A stretch of 62,917 bases of DNA, filler included, from Pelomyxa schiedti (taxonomy: Eukaryota > Protista > Evosea), in assembly GCA_020536535.1 (NCBI GenBank). It is 12 parts of 12 records of this genome, joined end to end, with 100 filler letters (N's around TTAATTAATTAA, not from the genome) between each part and the next. Parts side by side here need not be neighbours in the genome. Positions count along the whole stretch, not along the records: positions 1 to 1,361 come from JAHLWZ010002570.1; positions 1,462 to 2,612 come from JAHLWZ010002764.1; positions 2,713 to 17,033 come from JAHLWZ010001172.1; 9 more parts are not named here. The stretch is one strand, 5' to 3'. The position numbers were made by a program, and so were the translations under genes. The notes under the pieces are model-generated. The model was given only the letters and a program-made list of their open reading frames with translations, did no database searches and was not told where the DNA came from. Every line of letters begins with the position of its first letter. Position 1 is the first letter of the stretch. Below are positions 1 to 10,648 of the stretch, in pieces.

Positions 1-261
1 TGACCCACCCACATAATCCTAACTTTTTTTACAGATGAACAATCCACACATGTGCCTTCACTGGAAACCTCTTCACCCACCTTGCACCTTGAGCCTAGAA
101 ATAACACTGAATAAAACAGCAAGCCACAAGAAAAGCCAGCAGCCCACACACAACCACCCTTGGAAAAGCGGCGCCGCACCTCAACTGATCACACCTCAAA
201 GTCCAAAAAAACACAAACTCCCACCAAGAGAGGGAAAAAAGGGTATTCATTTTAAAAATTG

Positions 262-312
262 AAAAGCCTGACTGATTCTTGGGCAAAAGCCTGACTGGGT
301 TGGCAGGAGCTT
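262..312 (-). repeat. Short dispersed repeat, copy 1
   Basis: Reverse complement taagctcctgccaacccagtcaggcttttgcccaagaatcag matches 54539-54580 closely and 4732-4770 more loosely. Confidence 0.75.
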
Positions 313-545
313 AGGTTGAGAGGAAGCAGTTGTTTGTTAGCGAAAGGGGCCAACACTGTGTAGTGTGTGGCAACTGTTGGGAGCAATCCAGTTGAAGTAC
401 CCGTTGTACACACGGTCCGTGGCTTTGGAACCAACAAAGCTGTGCCTGGTGTGCCATGGTTTTTGATGACCATAGGGGAGACTAATGAACAGACAGTCAC
501 TTGTGTATGTGATTATAAATAAATCCAGAAAGTGAGAATAAACCG

Positions 546-1361
546 ATGGCATCGTCGTCGACCACTGCAGCGGCCCACGAGGGGGTACAACCGTTGTCGT
601 CCGCGGTGCTGCGGGGAAATGGTGGCAGTGGCAGCGTGGAGGTTGTGGTGCGGGTGAATTATGGGACGAGGTGGGGCCAGCACGTGCACTGCTTTGGGCA
701 GCCAAATTGGTTGGGATCGTGGGACCCAAAGAGAGCCCCGTATGCAACCCAACGCACTTATTCTACCCTTATTCTACCACCAGTCGTAGTATAAAATGTA
801 TTTTAATAATATCATCACGGCGCTATTTATTTTCCAATTATTTGAAGATTTTTGAATATTTATTAAACGAAGATACATGAAATACGGCCAATTTCTTTGA
901 CAAGTTATAACAATACTATGTGGGAATCAAATTTTCACACCAACGACAATAGCTCAATGGTGTGGAACAAAGGGAATATGTGGGAAATAACTTTGAAGGT
1001 GGAACTGGCTTCAATTGGACTCAATGGATTGCTCTACAAGTACAATCATCGTTTTTTGTGTATATTTTGGTCTCCCAACAGTTTACACACTCTCTCAGAT
1101 ACGCCATTCTTGAGCACGATAAGCCAGACTGGGGGCTGCCACATATTGAGCCCGGATTGGACAGAGTGATTCCTTACCATGTTCTCGTTTCTGCTACATC
1201 GCCAGTTGTTCAAGAGGACACGTGGGGTGTAGGTTCCCCTTTTTATCCCCTTTAACCATTAATCGCTGGTTATTAGGAACAGCCCAAACTGCACGAAATG
1301 ATGTGGCCGGGTTGGCCATGGAATGGTGCTCTGTTCACAAGTCCCATGCCGTTCAGTTCCA
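546..1361 (+). CDS. CBM20 (starch-binding domain) protein, spliced, 3'-truncated by linker; possibly followed by a phosphatase domain
   Basis: Joining GT-AG introns 740-952, 1040-1098 and 1229-1276 gives VRVNYGTRWGQHVHCFGQPNWLGSWDPKRAPSMVWNKGNMWEITLKV...LLYKYAIL...IEPGLDR...QEDTWG, matching the CBM20 pattern (T-x-x-G, LGxW, W, YKY, E-x-G-x-x-R, DxW). Confidence 0.8.
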
Positions 1362-1461
1362 NNNNNNNNNNNNNNNNNNNNNNNNNNNNNNNNNNNNNNN
1401 NNNNNTTAATTAATTAANNNNNNNNNNNNNNNNNNNNNNNNNNNNNNNNNNNNNNNNNNNN
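1362..1461. other. Artificial assembly linker (N44-TTAATTAATTAA-N44); identical linkers at 2613, 17034, 27075, 50603, 53054, 55173, 56297, 57685, 59754 and 61453
   Basis: The same 100-nt spacer with a six-frame stop core recurs 11 times. Confidence 0.97.
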
Positions 1462-2284
1462 GGGGTGTATGCACAGGTGATAGTGCCGAGCGAGGCTGGT
1501 GGCTACTCGTAACTGGTGATGAAGGTGTGGTGGTTTGCGTTGATTCAGAAGAGCTGTGCCCGGTGATTCCCGGGGATGAAGGCGTGGTGGTTTGCGTTGT
1601 TGACTCGGCAGAACTACTCACAACTAACCCCGAAGGAGGCCGACGCCCCGCCGTGGCCGCTGTTGGTACTGATGATGGCGACGGCGATGGCGACGGCGAC
1701 GGCGACGGCGATGGCGATGGCGATGGCGATGGCGATGGCGATGGCGATGGCGATGGCGATGGCGATGGCGATGGCGATGAAACAGGCTGTGTAGATCGGG
1801 AAGGCGTTGGCGGCAGGGATGTGGTACGATGGAGCGTCGCGGACCGGGGCTTCGTCGACGGAGGGAGAGGACGCGATATCACCCCTCTAGAGGGGGGCCA
1901 CTCTCGCGGTCTTTCTGTGTCGGCCGCGCCGAGGGCCAGACCGCCGCCCCGTGCTTGGGGCCACATCGACACCGGCCGAGGAAGGGGGCGGGGCATAGGT
2001 CGCGCCGGCGTGGGCGGCGTTGTAGGCGTTGTAGGCGTGGCAGGCGTGGCCGTGGGCGTCGGTGTCGGTGTCGGTGGCGGCTGCGCGCCACCAGGGCCAA
2101 CCGGAGGAGTTTGAGGGAGCGCACGAGGGGCACGGGGGAGCGGGCGAGGACTGGCCGACGAGGTGGTAGGAGTTGGGGTCGTTTCGCCCGGCGTCTCCCG
2201 CGGCAGGAGCGTAGATGCAGTCGTCGATGCAGTCGTTGCTTTCGAGCCCGACGTCGTTGCGCCCGTTGGTTGGCGGGCGGACAT
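1462..2284 (-). CDS. Pro/Thr/Ser-rich low-complexity N-terminus of an unknown protein, truncated by linker
   Basis: ATG at 2284 after an A/T-rich upstream region; open frame MSARQPTGATT... with an (SP)n tract running into the gap. Confidence 0.6.
1673..1778. repeat. (GATGGC/GACGGC)n hexamer tandem repeat encoding (Ser-Pro)n on the minus strand
   Basis: Directly visible. Confidence 0.95.
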
Positions 2285-2712
2285 CCTGCTGTTTCGTAGC
2301 TGGCTGTGATGGATTTCTGCGAATCTCCCAGCCTGGATTCACGGGTTCTCAATTGGGTAAATAAAAAAAACACCAGACCATCGCGTTTCTAAAGTTTAGG
2401 TTTTGTTGCTAATCACAACAGATTCGATTAGATCGGTGCTCATCGAATTCAAAGAATAAGAGGTGATCGAATCGATTACGGACGTAACAGCCACAACAGT
2501 GGGGCCATCAATTGTAGCATACCCAACAAATGAACAACACTGTTTAGTGTCTGCAACGTCTTCCGACGTTGAAGACCCTGCTGCAGCGAAAAAGATTGCA
2601 TTCCTTGGTTGANNNNNNNNNNNNNNNNNNNNNNNNNNNNNNNNNNNNNNNNNNNNTTAATTAATTAANNNNNNNNNNNNNNNNNNNNNNNNNNNNNNNN
2701 NNNNNNNNNNNN

Positions 2713-2890
2713 TTGAAGTGGATGAGCAGGTAGACATTGTGGGAGACGACGAGTACGCGCCCGACGACGAGGGCGACGATTCGGTTGCGAAGAGGTGGTC
2801 GCCGCCGATCGGGATCGTAACCGGCATCGGCATAGGCGGTTGTTGATGATCTCCCGCCGCCGTCGTGGTGTGTCGCGCGTCGTCGCCCAT
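2713..2890 (-). CDS. 5' fragment of an unknown gene (MGDDARHTTT...), truncated
   Basis: ATG preceded by an A-rich leader; GC-rich open frame runs to the linker. Confidence 0.5.
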
Positions 2891-3142
2891 CGTTTTTTTT
2901 TGTTTTTCTTCTCTTTGTTGCTTTTTTTTTATCGGTTGTTCCTTCCAATGTGACGATTGATTTTGATGTTAAACGACACTTCGTTTCGTTTCTTTATTTA
3001 TTTATTTGTTCGAGTTTTAAGGGAAGTGGAAATGGAAAATCAAAGTACGGAGAGAAGCCCATTCTGGGTTCATGGGAGGAAGCCGGAATGTCAAATCAAC
3101 AAGGGGACTGGGGAATAGCACACAGTGTGGGGGTGTGTTGTT

Positions 3143-4577
3143 CTAGAATTTGTTTGTCATTGGGTCCATTGGTTGTGGATACTGGCTGGGGGGCATTCCC
3201 ATGTCTCCCTGTGATATTTGTTTGTACTGCGGTAATTTTAGGGTTGGGGAATAATACCATGTATTGAAGAGGGGGTGGGGGTTGAGGTGGCATCATCGGC
3301 TGTTGTACAGGCATGTATCTTGGTTGCTGTAGCATCGACTGTAACATGTAAGGTTGACGCAATCTTTCTGTGGAAAATGTACCTGTACACTATTTGCATC
3401 AACCAATCTAAGTAAGACTTCGATGTGTAAAATGGCATAAGCCAGCTGCGGGTTATTTGATAAAACTGATCGGGCTTGGTCCGGGTTATGCTGACACAAG
3501 CTCTAAAAGCCGTAAGTTGAAGACTGAGTGTGGGATATTCACCTTGAATTGAGACAACACTTCTAGCAGTTGAGGTTGCGTAAGAGACTCCACTGCTTTA
3601 TGGACGTCAATCTGCAGGAATAGTTTTCAGTGGGGATATGGCCGGTTATATGGTTACCTGATTTGTTGAGGCCGGGGAATTCATTGGAGGTTGTGCAGGG
3701 TAAGAGTTGGGATAAGCCGGAGCAGTATTATTGAAAACCGGCGGTTGATCTGTAAGGTATCGTCAACTGTGCAAAAGATGCTAGGCATTATACCAATTGG
3801 CATTGCGGCCTCCTTTCATTATATTAGAAAGAAAGGAAACAGAGGATATCATACCGGCTTAAAGCGGCCTTGTCTTCCTTGATTTGGATGGGGTGGTTGT
3901 GAGGGGTAAGGGTATGATGGTTGGGAGTAGCCAGGAGGGTAGTTAGAAGAGTATGGGGGTTGTGGGTTACTGTAAGGTGGAGGCTGATTTGGTTGGTTTG
4001 GTGGGTAGTTGTATCCTTGGTTGGTGTACGAATAGTTTCCACCTGGTGGTTGCATTCCCATTCCAGGCCCACCTGCTGGTGGGAGTGGCTTATCGTTATC
4101 TGCAAAGTCAACTCTGAGAAGTCTTCCAAAAAACTCAGAATTGTCTAGTGTAAAAAAAAAACAAAAAAAAAAGGGAAAATGTTGTTGGATTAGCAAGTCA
4201 TGTCATAAGAATGTTGCATATAGTTTCTAATTGCACTCTGAGCTGTTTCAGGATCACGATATTCACAAAAAGCATAACCTCGCCTCTTATTAGTTCCAGG
4301 GTCATGCATTAATCTTAGCCATTATCAATCCAACAAGCAAAACGATAGCAAAACGATAAACCTGAACGACACCACAGGACCCACACGCGCAAAGTGCTCC
4401 ACCAGTTGCTCCTCCTTCACGTCATACGGAATGTTCCCAACTGCGAGAAAGAAGGGAAAAAAAAAAACCAAGCAAAACGAATTCACAACATCGGGGGGGG
4501 GTGAGTTACGTTACGACGTTACGTAGGCGTAGTGCGTTTTGTACTCAACTGAACACCACACGCCCTCCACTTGTCAT
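3143..4577 (-). CDS. CSTF2: Cleavage stimulation factor 64 kDa subunit (CstF-64/Rna15): RRM plus hinge domain, spliced
   Basis: Spliced [82 protein letters not shown] (CstF-64-type RRM) and hinge [38 protein letters not shown]; stop TAG at 3145-3143. Confidence 0.9.
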
Positions 4578-4731
4578 CAGTGTCGTGTACGAATTATTGG
4601 CTTAGAGATCAAGGCAGTGATGGAAAATTTCCTGTGGTGCAGTGGCTGAGTTCTGAGTTTCCCAGCAACAAGGTTTTTGGGAATACTGGGTTGGTTTTAT
4701 GTTGCTCTGTGAGTGGTGTCCCTGATGGACA

Positions 4732-4795
4732 TAAGCTCCAACCTCGTCATGCTTGTGCCAATGAATCAGGTTTACAGAACCCAGAAATAACACGC
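4732..4795 (+). repeat. Short dispersed repeat, copy 2
   Basis: tgccaatgaatcaggtttacagaacccag is identical to 54567-54595. Confidence 0.8.
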
Positions 4796-5514
4796 AAATT
4801 AATTTGCCTGACAAACAAAAACGCTAGCCGCTGTGCCACTAGGCACCCCTGCAAAGCCACGTGTTTTCGTTTCGTTTTCTGAAGTTGGTGATCCAAGGCG
4901 ATATCTTTTCCCTCATCTTTTCACTACTTGGCACTTATACCTTTGAGTTGTTACATTGCAACCTCCGTTGCAGCCCTGCTGCCCCACCCTTTTGCAGCAA
5001 TGAAACAGTAAAAACTTCACTCATTGGGTGTGATGATTTTTATGCCAAAGAATGGTCAAGAGTAATTGAGACATTGATTTGAAAGCCAAACAAGGTCTTA
5101 TATCAGCACAATGCAATGTTCCTTGCAACCACACTTTGGGGGATCACCAAAGTTTTCACTCTCCATTGACGATTAAAACATGTTTTTTTTTTGGTATCCT
5201 TTATTATGGGTTAATTTACCACACCTACACTCAATTGTTTCCCATTTTCACTGTGAAGATGGGTAACTTTCGATGATCTGGGTTGATCTGTCTGTTGTTT
5301 TCCTCCCATCAAATTAAAATTTGCCCAACAGTGAAGCGGCATTGATGGTGCGGCAGACCGACAGATCTGTTGGTGTTCTTAATGACTGGTTGTGTATGTG
5401 TGGAGATGGCACCGGTTCCTTTTTTTTTTGGTGGTTCACTCCACATCCCGAGAGGGTACGTTGTTGCTCTTTTTCCTTTCTTTATTAATTGATTTCCAAT
5501 ATTGTCATTTAACA

Positions 5515-5557
5515 TTGTTTTTCCTTTTGTTTTTCCTTTTGTTTTTCCTTTTGTTTT
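5515..5557. repeat. (TTGTTTTTCCTT)x3.5 tandem 12-mer
   Basis: Directly visible. Confidence 0.85.
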
Positions 5558-5972
5558 GGTTAGTTTAGAGCTTGTTCTCACATCGCGGTACCGTGACAAG
5601 AACTAGTGGACACAGCGGTAAATTTCCCTTCGTGTTTTAAGTCTGCCTCACTCTAACATCATGCGCCCCATCCACGCTGCAACTCTGTGGGACTTCTATG
5701 GTCCAAGTCGGAATGCCGTAAAAAAAGAGGAGTAGCAGGCATTTGTGGGCTTCTGTGTTTGGAAACACCACAGCTGTATCTGTAAGTGCCCTCTCCTTTT
5801 TAACATCACTGATCCCCACATAATAGGTACCCACAGGCACCAGGACTGACTAACCAGGCACCGCTGACTAACCAAATTGCACACTCCCTCCCTCTACACT
5901 ACACTTTGAACCTCACACTCTTGGGGATCATCATGCCATTTATGTAAAAACGAAAGAATCCTGTTTCCAAAA

Positions 5973-7500
5973 TCAAATGCTTGGTGCGTGATGTTGGGGT
6001 TGTGGTGGCTGAGGGTGTTGTTGTGCCTGGTTATGTGTTGGTGCCCTTGTTGTTGGTGGTGCTGTTCGGGCTGTGGTTGTGGTCCTAATAGGTGCCTTGC
6101 TTGCTGGAGCTGGTGCCTTTGTACGTGATGCCATTGTGAGTGGCTTACTTATTGTTGGAGCTGGTGCCTTTGTTTGTGAGGGTGACTTTCTTGGTGCACT
6201 GATGAGTGGTGTCCTGTGGTGGGAAAGTGCTTTGGAGCGTGGTGCTGGCTCAGAGTCCTGTGGCACATATGTTAGCTATTTTATGCCAATACAAGGTTTT
6301 TGGGAATACCAAAACTCCTCTAAGAATAGAAAGAGCCATCATTACACGGCTGTATACAAGCATTGTGTTTCCCCGGAATGTGCCAAGTTCTTTCACTAGA
6401 TCAATACAAAACTGTTCCAACTTTTGTCCATCTTGTAGCATCTGCTCCGAGAGCGCGCCTGTCCCCTCCAGTGATGTCAATAAGGCTTTTAGTTTAACTA
6501 TGGGAATAAAGGGTTACCATTGTGTTAACAATAAAAACAGTTTACCTGCCGGCGAGTCTAGATCATGCAATCCAAGGGAATCCTTAAGAATACCTAAAAT
6601 TGCATCACCAACAAAATAAAGAAAAAGAACACACAAATACCAGTCAATCTCTCTGCAAGTTTGCCCAGGTTACAACCTTTGTCTTGAGGTGCTGTACACA
6701 CAGAACCAGGAAAATGAATGGATTCACAATCCTCTTCATCATCCAAAAGAATTTCATTTTCATCTCTGTAAATAACTTCTATTTTTACAGGTGAGTGATA
6801 TCAATGGGGAAAAAGTAATAGTACCTCTTGGTGTGTTCGCCCTTGGTATCCCAGTAATTTCCCCAGTTCCAGGCAATCTGAAGTCTCTGTGATGTGAGGT
6901 ATCAGCTGTCACTTCCTCTTCAGAATCTGAGGATCTACTGCTTGATTCCGATCCCGATCCACTGGCTGATTCTGAATAGTCTCTTTCACTTTCTGAGTCA
7001 GAAGCAGTGTTGCAGTGTTCTTCAACATCTACTGATGGCATCATCATCATCGTTTCTACAATCGGAGTTAGTGCGGGAATATAATTTATATAAATTTAAA
7101 CAGTAGGTAGCACGAAATGAAATGGTGTGAGTGTTGTACCTGTTGGCGAACTTGTTGCGTTGCTTGTGCTTGCTCCTACACCTACACCACCACCGCGAAT
7201 TCGGACTGGGATGTGGATACGTGTGACAGGGTTTTCCTTTGGTGTTGCTGCCGACGACGTGGCTGTAGTCGTTGTAGTTGCAGTTGTGTCAGTGGAGTCA
7301 TTGACCGTTTCTGTTTCGGCGGTGCTGGCGTTGGTGCCGTGTGGGCTTCCATTTGATATTTCTTTGCGAGGCCGCTTCGCAGAACACTGGTGGAGGCTGA
7401 CCAGGGCGTCTCGAATTGGGTCTGCGTGATACGATACCGACCGCTTGGCCGCACGTGGGAAGTACGGCCGAGTTCGTGGTCCTCCCGGCTGGTCACTCAT
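5973..7500 (-). CDS. Hypothetical spliced protein with Thr-rich, acidic Ser-rich and Pro/Thr-rich low-complexity segments
   Basis: ATG at 7500 (MSDQPGGPRTRP...); successive minus-strand ORF blocks are separated by GT..AG segments, e.g. LRGVL|DSEPAPR; no recognisable domain. Confidence 0.55.
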
Positions 7501-7770
7501 TGTTGTTTTATTTTTGTCTATCTTTCTATTTCCAGCTGGCGATAGAAATAAGAAACTTTTCAAAAAAGAGAATTTTCCTCAGAGCACTCTGGTATTAGTT
7601 GGCGTGTAAATGCGATACCGGAGCCCTCGTCCCAAACCACCAGTGAGGCACTCTGTGGCTCTGACACACCTGCAACTGTTGGTACACCACACACTGTCAT
7701 ATCACCCCAGTCAGCTTCCACACCCTCTTCAAAGGCACTATGAGAGTCTTCAGGAATATTTCTTGTCAGT

Positions 7771-8973
7771 TCAAACGACAGATTTGCAGTGGGTGCAATC
7801 CATTGGGGAGGACAGGGTATTCCTCATTGTGAAGACAACAAGCCCAGAAGATGCATCCAGAACATGAACTTTGTTGCCTGTGTCCACCACAATGAGGTCC
7901 CCAGCTTCACTGAGACTAGTGGGAAGGAGGCCGCTCATCCCACAAAGTTGTGGGAACGCAATCACTGTTGGTTCTGGCTTTACAACTGTTTCAGAACCAG
8001 TGGGCCTCAAGTCCCACACCTCACAGGCCTTAGCAAGGCCTTTCCTGGAAACAACTGCAAAGTTGTCCAACATCTCAAATGCCATTACATCCTCACTGAG
8101 AAGTTTCATCTTTGCATATTTTCCCTGGACCCTAAATAGAGAGTTTTTCCTCATCGCCAGTACTGAGCGGGATCCCCAGAAGCAACGAATGAATTCCAGA
8201 GAGTCACCCAAAGGAATTTGGACAATATCCATAGGAACCATCACACCAGACCCAAACGCTTCAGCAATGTCAATGAGATGGTACACGCAGTACCCAAATC
8301 CATTGTAACAGACATCAAAACACCAGTCACTCACAAAGTGCCCAAAAGTCATGCTGTAAGAAGTCCCCATTTCCCCACATGGAACCAGCTTCCTGGGCTG
8401 CGAAACACCCAGTGGGGACCCACGCCCTCCCCTTGCGACCCTCCACGCCACCAAAACCACACTATCCACAATCCACTGGCCCCTGCACTCCAACACAAGC
8501 ACAGTCTCCGCGGTCATCCCAGGCACACAAACCCTCTCCCCAGTCACCACACACTTCAGATAATATGACCCACCAAAAGGTTCCGGGTCGGCGATGTAAT
8601 GCGCGGAATCCAACCACCTGACACACCGACACACTCCATCATACCTTGTGAAATATTCCTCACGCCTGACACAACCATCACCATCACAACCAAGCTCCTC
8701 CGTCGGACGGTGAGTTTTCGCCGGGATGACTCCCAGTGTGGACATTGACAAGCGAACGGCGACTGTGCAGTTGGGCCCGACGCACTGCATGAGCGCGGCG
8801 CCGCGGGCCCATCGGGCCACCATCATGCGGAGCAGCGGGGCGTCGTTGGCCGCGGTCAGGATAGCCGCGGGGCTGCGGCGCCCGCACCGAGGGTGGCTCG
8901 ACCCCATCAGCGCCGCGACTTGGTCTCGGAACAGCACTCTGGGTTCAACAACGCATCTGTCAATGTGTGACAT
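7771..8973 (-). CDS. Intronless ~400 aa member of the expanded lineage-specific family (RCGxxSP N-terminal motif)
   Basis: 400-aa ORF with RDQVAALMGSSHPRCGRRSPAAIL, SMSTLGV, CRGQWIV and C-terminal VLDASSG motifs shared with other ORFs in the window. Confidence 0.8.
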   Translation of the reverse strand: MSHIDRCVVEPRVLFRDQVAALMGSSHPRCGRRSPAAILTAANDAPLLRMMVARWARGAALMQCVGPNCTVAVRLSMSTLGVIPAKTHRPTEELGCDGDGCVRREEYFTRYDGVCRCVRWLDSAHYIADPEPFGGSYYLKCVVTGERVCVPGMTAETVLVLECRGQWIVDSVVLVAWRVARGGRGSPLGVSQPRKLVPCGEMGTSYSMTFGHFVSDWCFDVCYNGFGYCVYHLIDIAEAFGSGVMVPMDIVQIPLGDSLEFIRCFWGSRSVLAMRKNSLFRVQGKYAKMKLLSEDVMAFEMLDNFAVVSRKGLAKACEVWDLRPTGSETVVKPEPTVIAFPQLCGMSGLLPTSLSEAGDLIVVDTGNKVHVLDASSGLVVFTMRNTLSSPMDCTHCKSVV

Positions 8974-9336
8974 CGGTTGCCCAAGCGTTGGGTCGTTGGG
9001 CGTGTGAAAATTTTCTTGTGTGAATTAGCCATGGATGAGATGTTTACAACAACGGTCAATCAACAACAAACCGGCCGGCAACATGGGGGGAGAGTGTGGA
9101 ACAACGGTTGGGTGCTGAACAGAATTGATCACTCTCATTCTTATGCCTTGTCGTACTCTTGGATCAATCGTCGTTCATACAGGTAAAAAAACCGCAGTGA
9201 AGTTCCCGGGAAGAAACAGAACCAACAAAAAAAAAAATTGCCATGGAAGTTCCTACACGGCAATTTTTAACCCTTTTTAACGACACTCTACGCAACAACC
9301 CATAAGTAACAACAAACAAACCAAACCAACACACAA

Positions 9337-10382
9337 ATGACCACCACAGCTACAGTGACGCCTAGTGCAACGGCCTCGGCACCCTCAACAACGTCTAGTA
9401 CCAGGACAACTACCCCGATGCCCACGTTCAAGTGCTTGGTAGTTGGCGACGGCGGAACCGGCAAAACAAGTACCTCCGATTGTTGTTGTATATTGTTTCA
9501 TTGTTAACATATATAATTTGTTGTACTTGTTAACACTTAACGCAATTGTGCAGCATTCGTTAAGAGGCACCTGAGTGGAGAGTTTGAGAAGAAATATATT
9601 CGTGAGTTTCAACCTTTTGTCTAACTAGTTAGTTTCGTTTGTTAGAGTCACTAATTGCTATTTCTAGCCACTCTGGGGGTTGAGGTTCACCCATTGGTTT
9701 TTGCAACAAACTGCGGACCTATTCGGTTCAATGTTTGGGACACAGCCGGCCAGGAAAAGGTATTAATTGGCTTCTTCACTATGAAAATTAATTATTCCTT
9801 AAATTCATGTTACAGTTTGGTGGACTTCGTGATGGATACTACATTCAGGGCAACTGCGCCATTGTGATGTTCGATGTCACCAATAGGAACACCTACAAAA
9901 ATGTACCCAACTGGCACAAAGACTTGGTCCGAGTTTGTACGGCCCCACTAACTAATATTATAAATCACTCAATATTATAGGTGAAAACATCCCTATGGTC
10001 CTCTGCGGAAATAAAGTGGACGTTAAAGATAGGAAAGTAAGACCCAAGCAAATCAACTTCCATCGAAAGAAGAACCTGCAATACTACGACGTCAGTGCCA
10101 AATCCAACTACCACTTTGAGAAGCCTTTCTTGTGGCTGGCCCGCAGACTCACTGGGTTTGTGCAATTCCTTTTTTGGCCTATTTAAATATATATTAAGTA
10201 AATATTATTCTGACCCGGTGCCAAATACAAACAGGAATCCAAACCTGCAGTTTGTTGAGGAGACGGCGCTGAAACCAGCAGATGTTCAATTGGACATGGA
10301 GACAATAAGGGAATACAAGAGGCAACTACAACAGATTAACGTAATACCCCTTCCTGACCCTGGTGAGGACGAGGATTTATAA
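9337..10382 (+). CDS. RAN: Ran GTPase, spliced (5-6 introns)
   Basis: [40 protein letters not shown]...[18 protein letters not shown]...CGNKVD...[17 protein letters not shown] and acidic tail EDEDL*. Confidence 0.97.
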
Positions 10383-10648
10383 CTCCACATCACCCTGTCC
10401 ACCCAACTACCAACTACATGAATCCACAATCTCTGTTGTAAAAAAAAACCAAGCTTTCTTTTCAAGCATGTCCTGTTGAGTTATAAACACACAACACCCA
10501 TCAAAAAATGCTATTTTCCATGACCTGACGGGGCCAACTTGCCACCAACCAGGAGTTTCGAGGAAAAGTGGTTTGTTTTTTCTACAGCCAATAAATTGTG
10601 ATAAAAAAAGAAAGTCTAAGTGGGGGATTGGTCAGTTCGTCCTCTTCC

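Noticed and set aside
1362-1461. Recurrent TTAATTAATTAA flanked by Ns, superficially a repeat array or recombination site
   Set aside because: Identical 100-nt synthetic linker with stops in six frames; adjacency across it is not biological evidence.
1527-2299. Plus-strand ORFs with (DG)n and (MA)n
   Set aside because: Shadow frames of the GC-rich hexamer repeat in the minus-strand gene.
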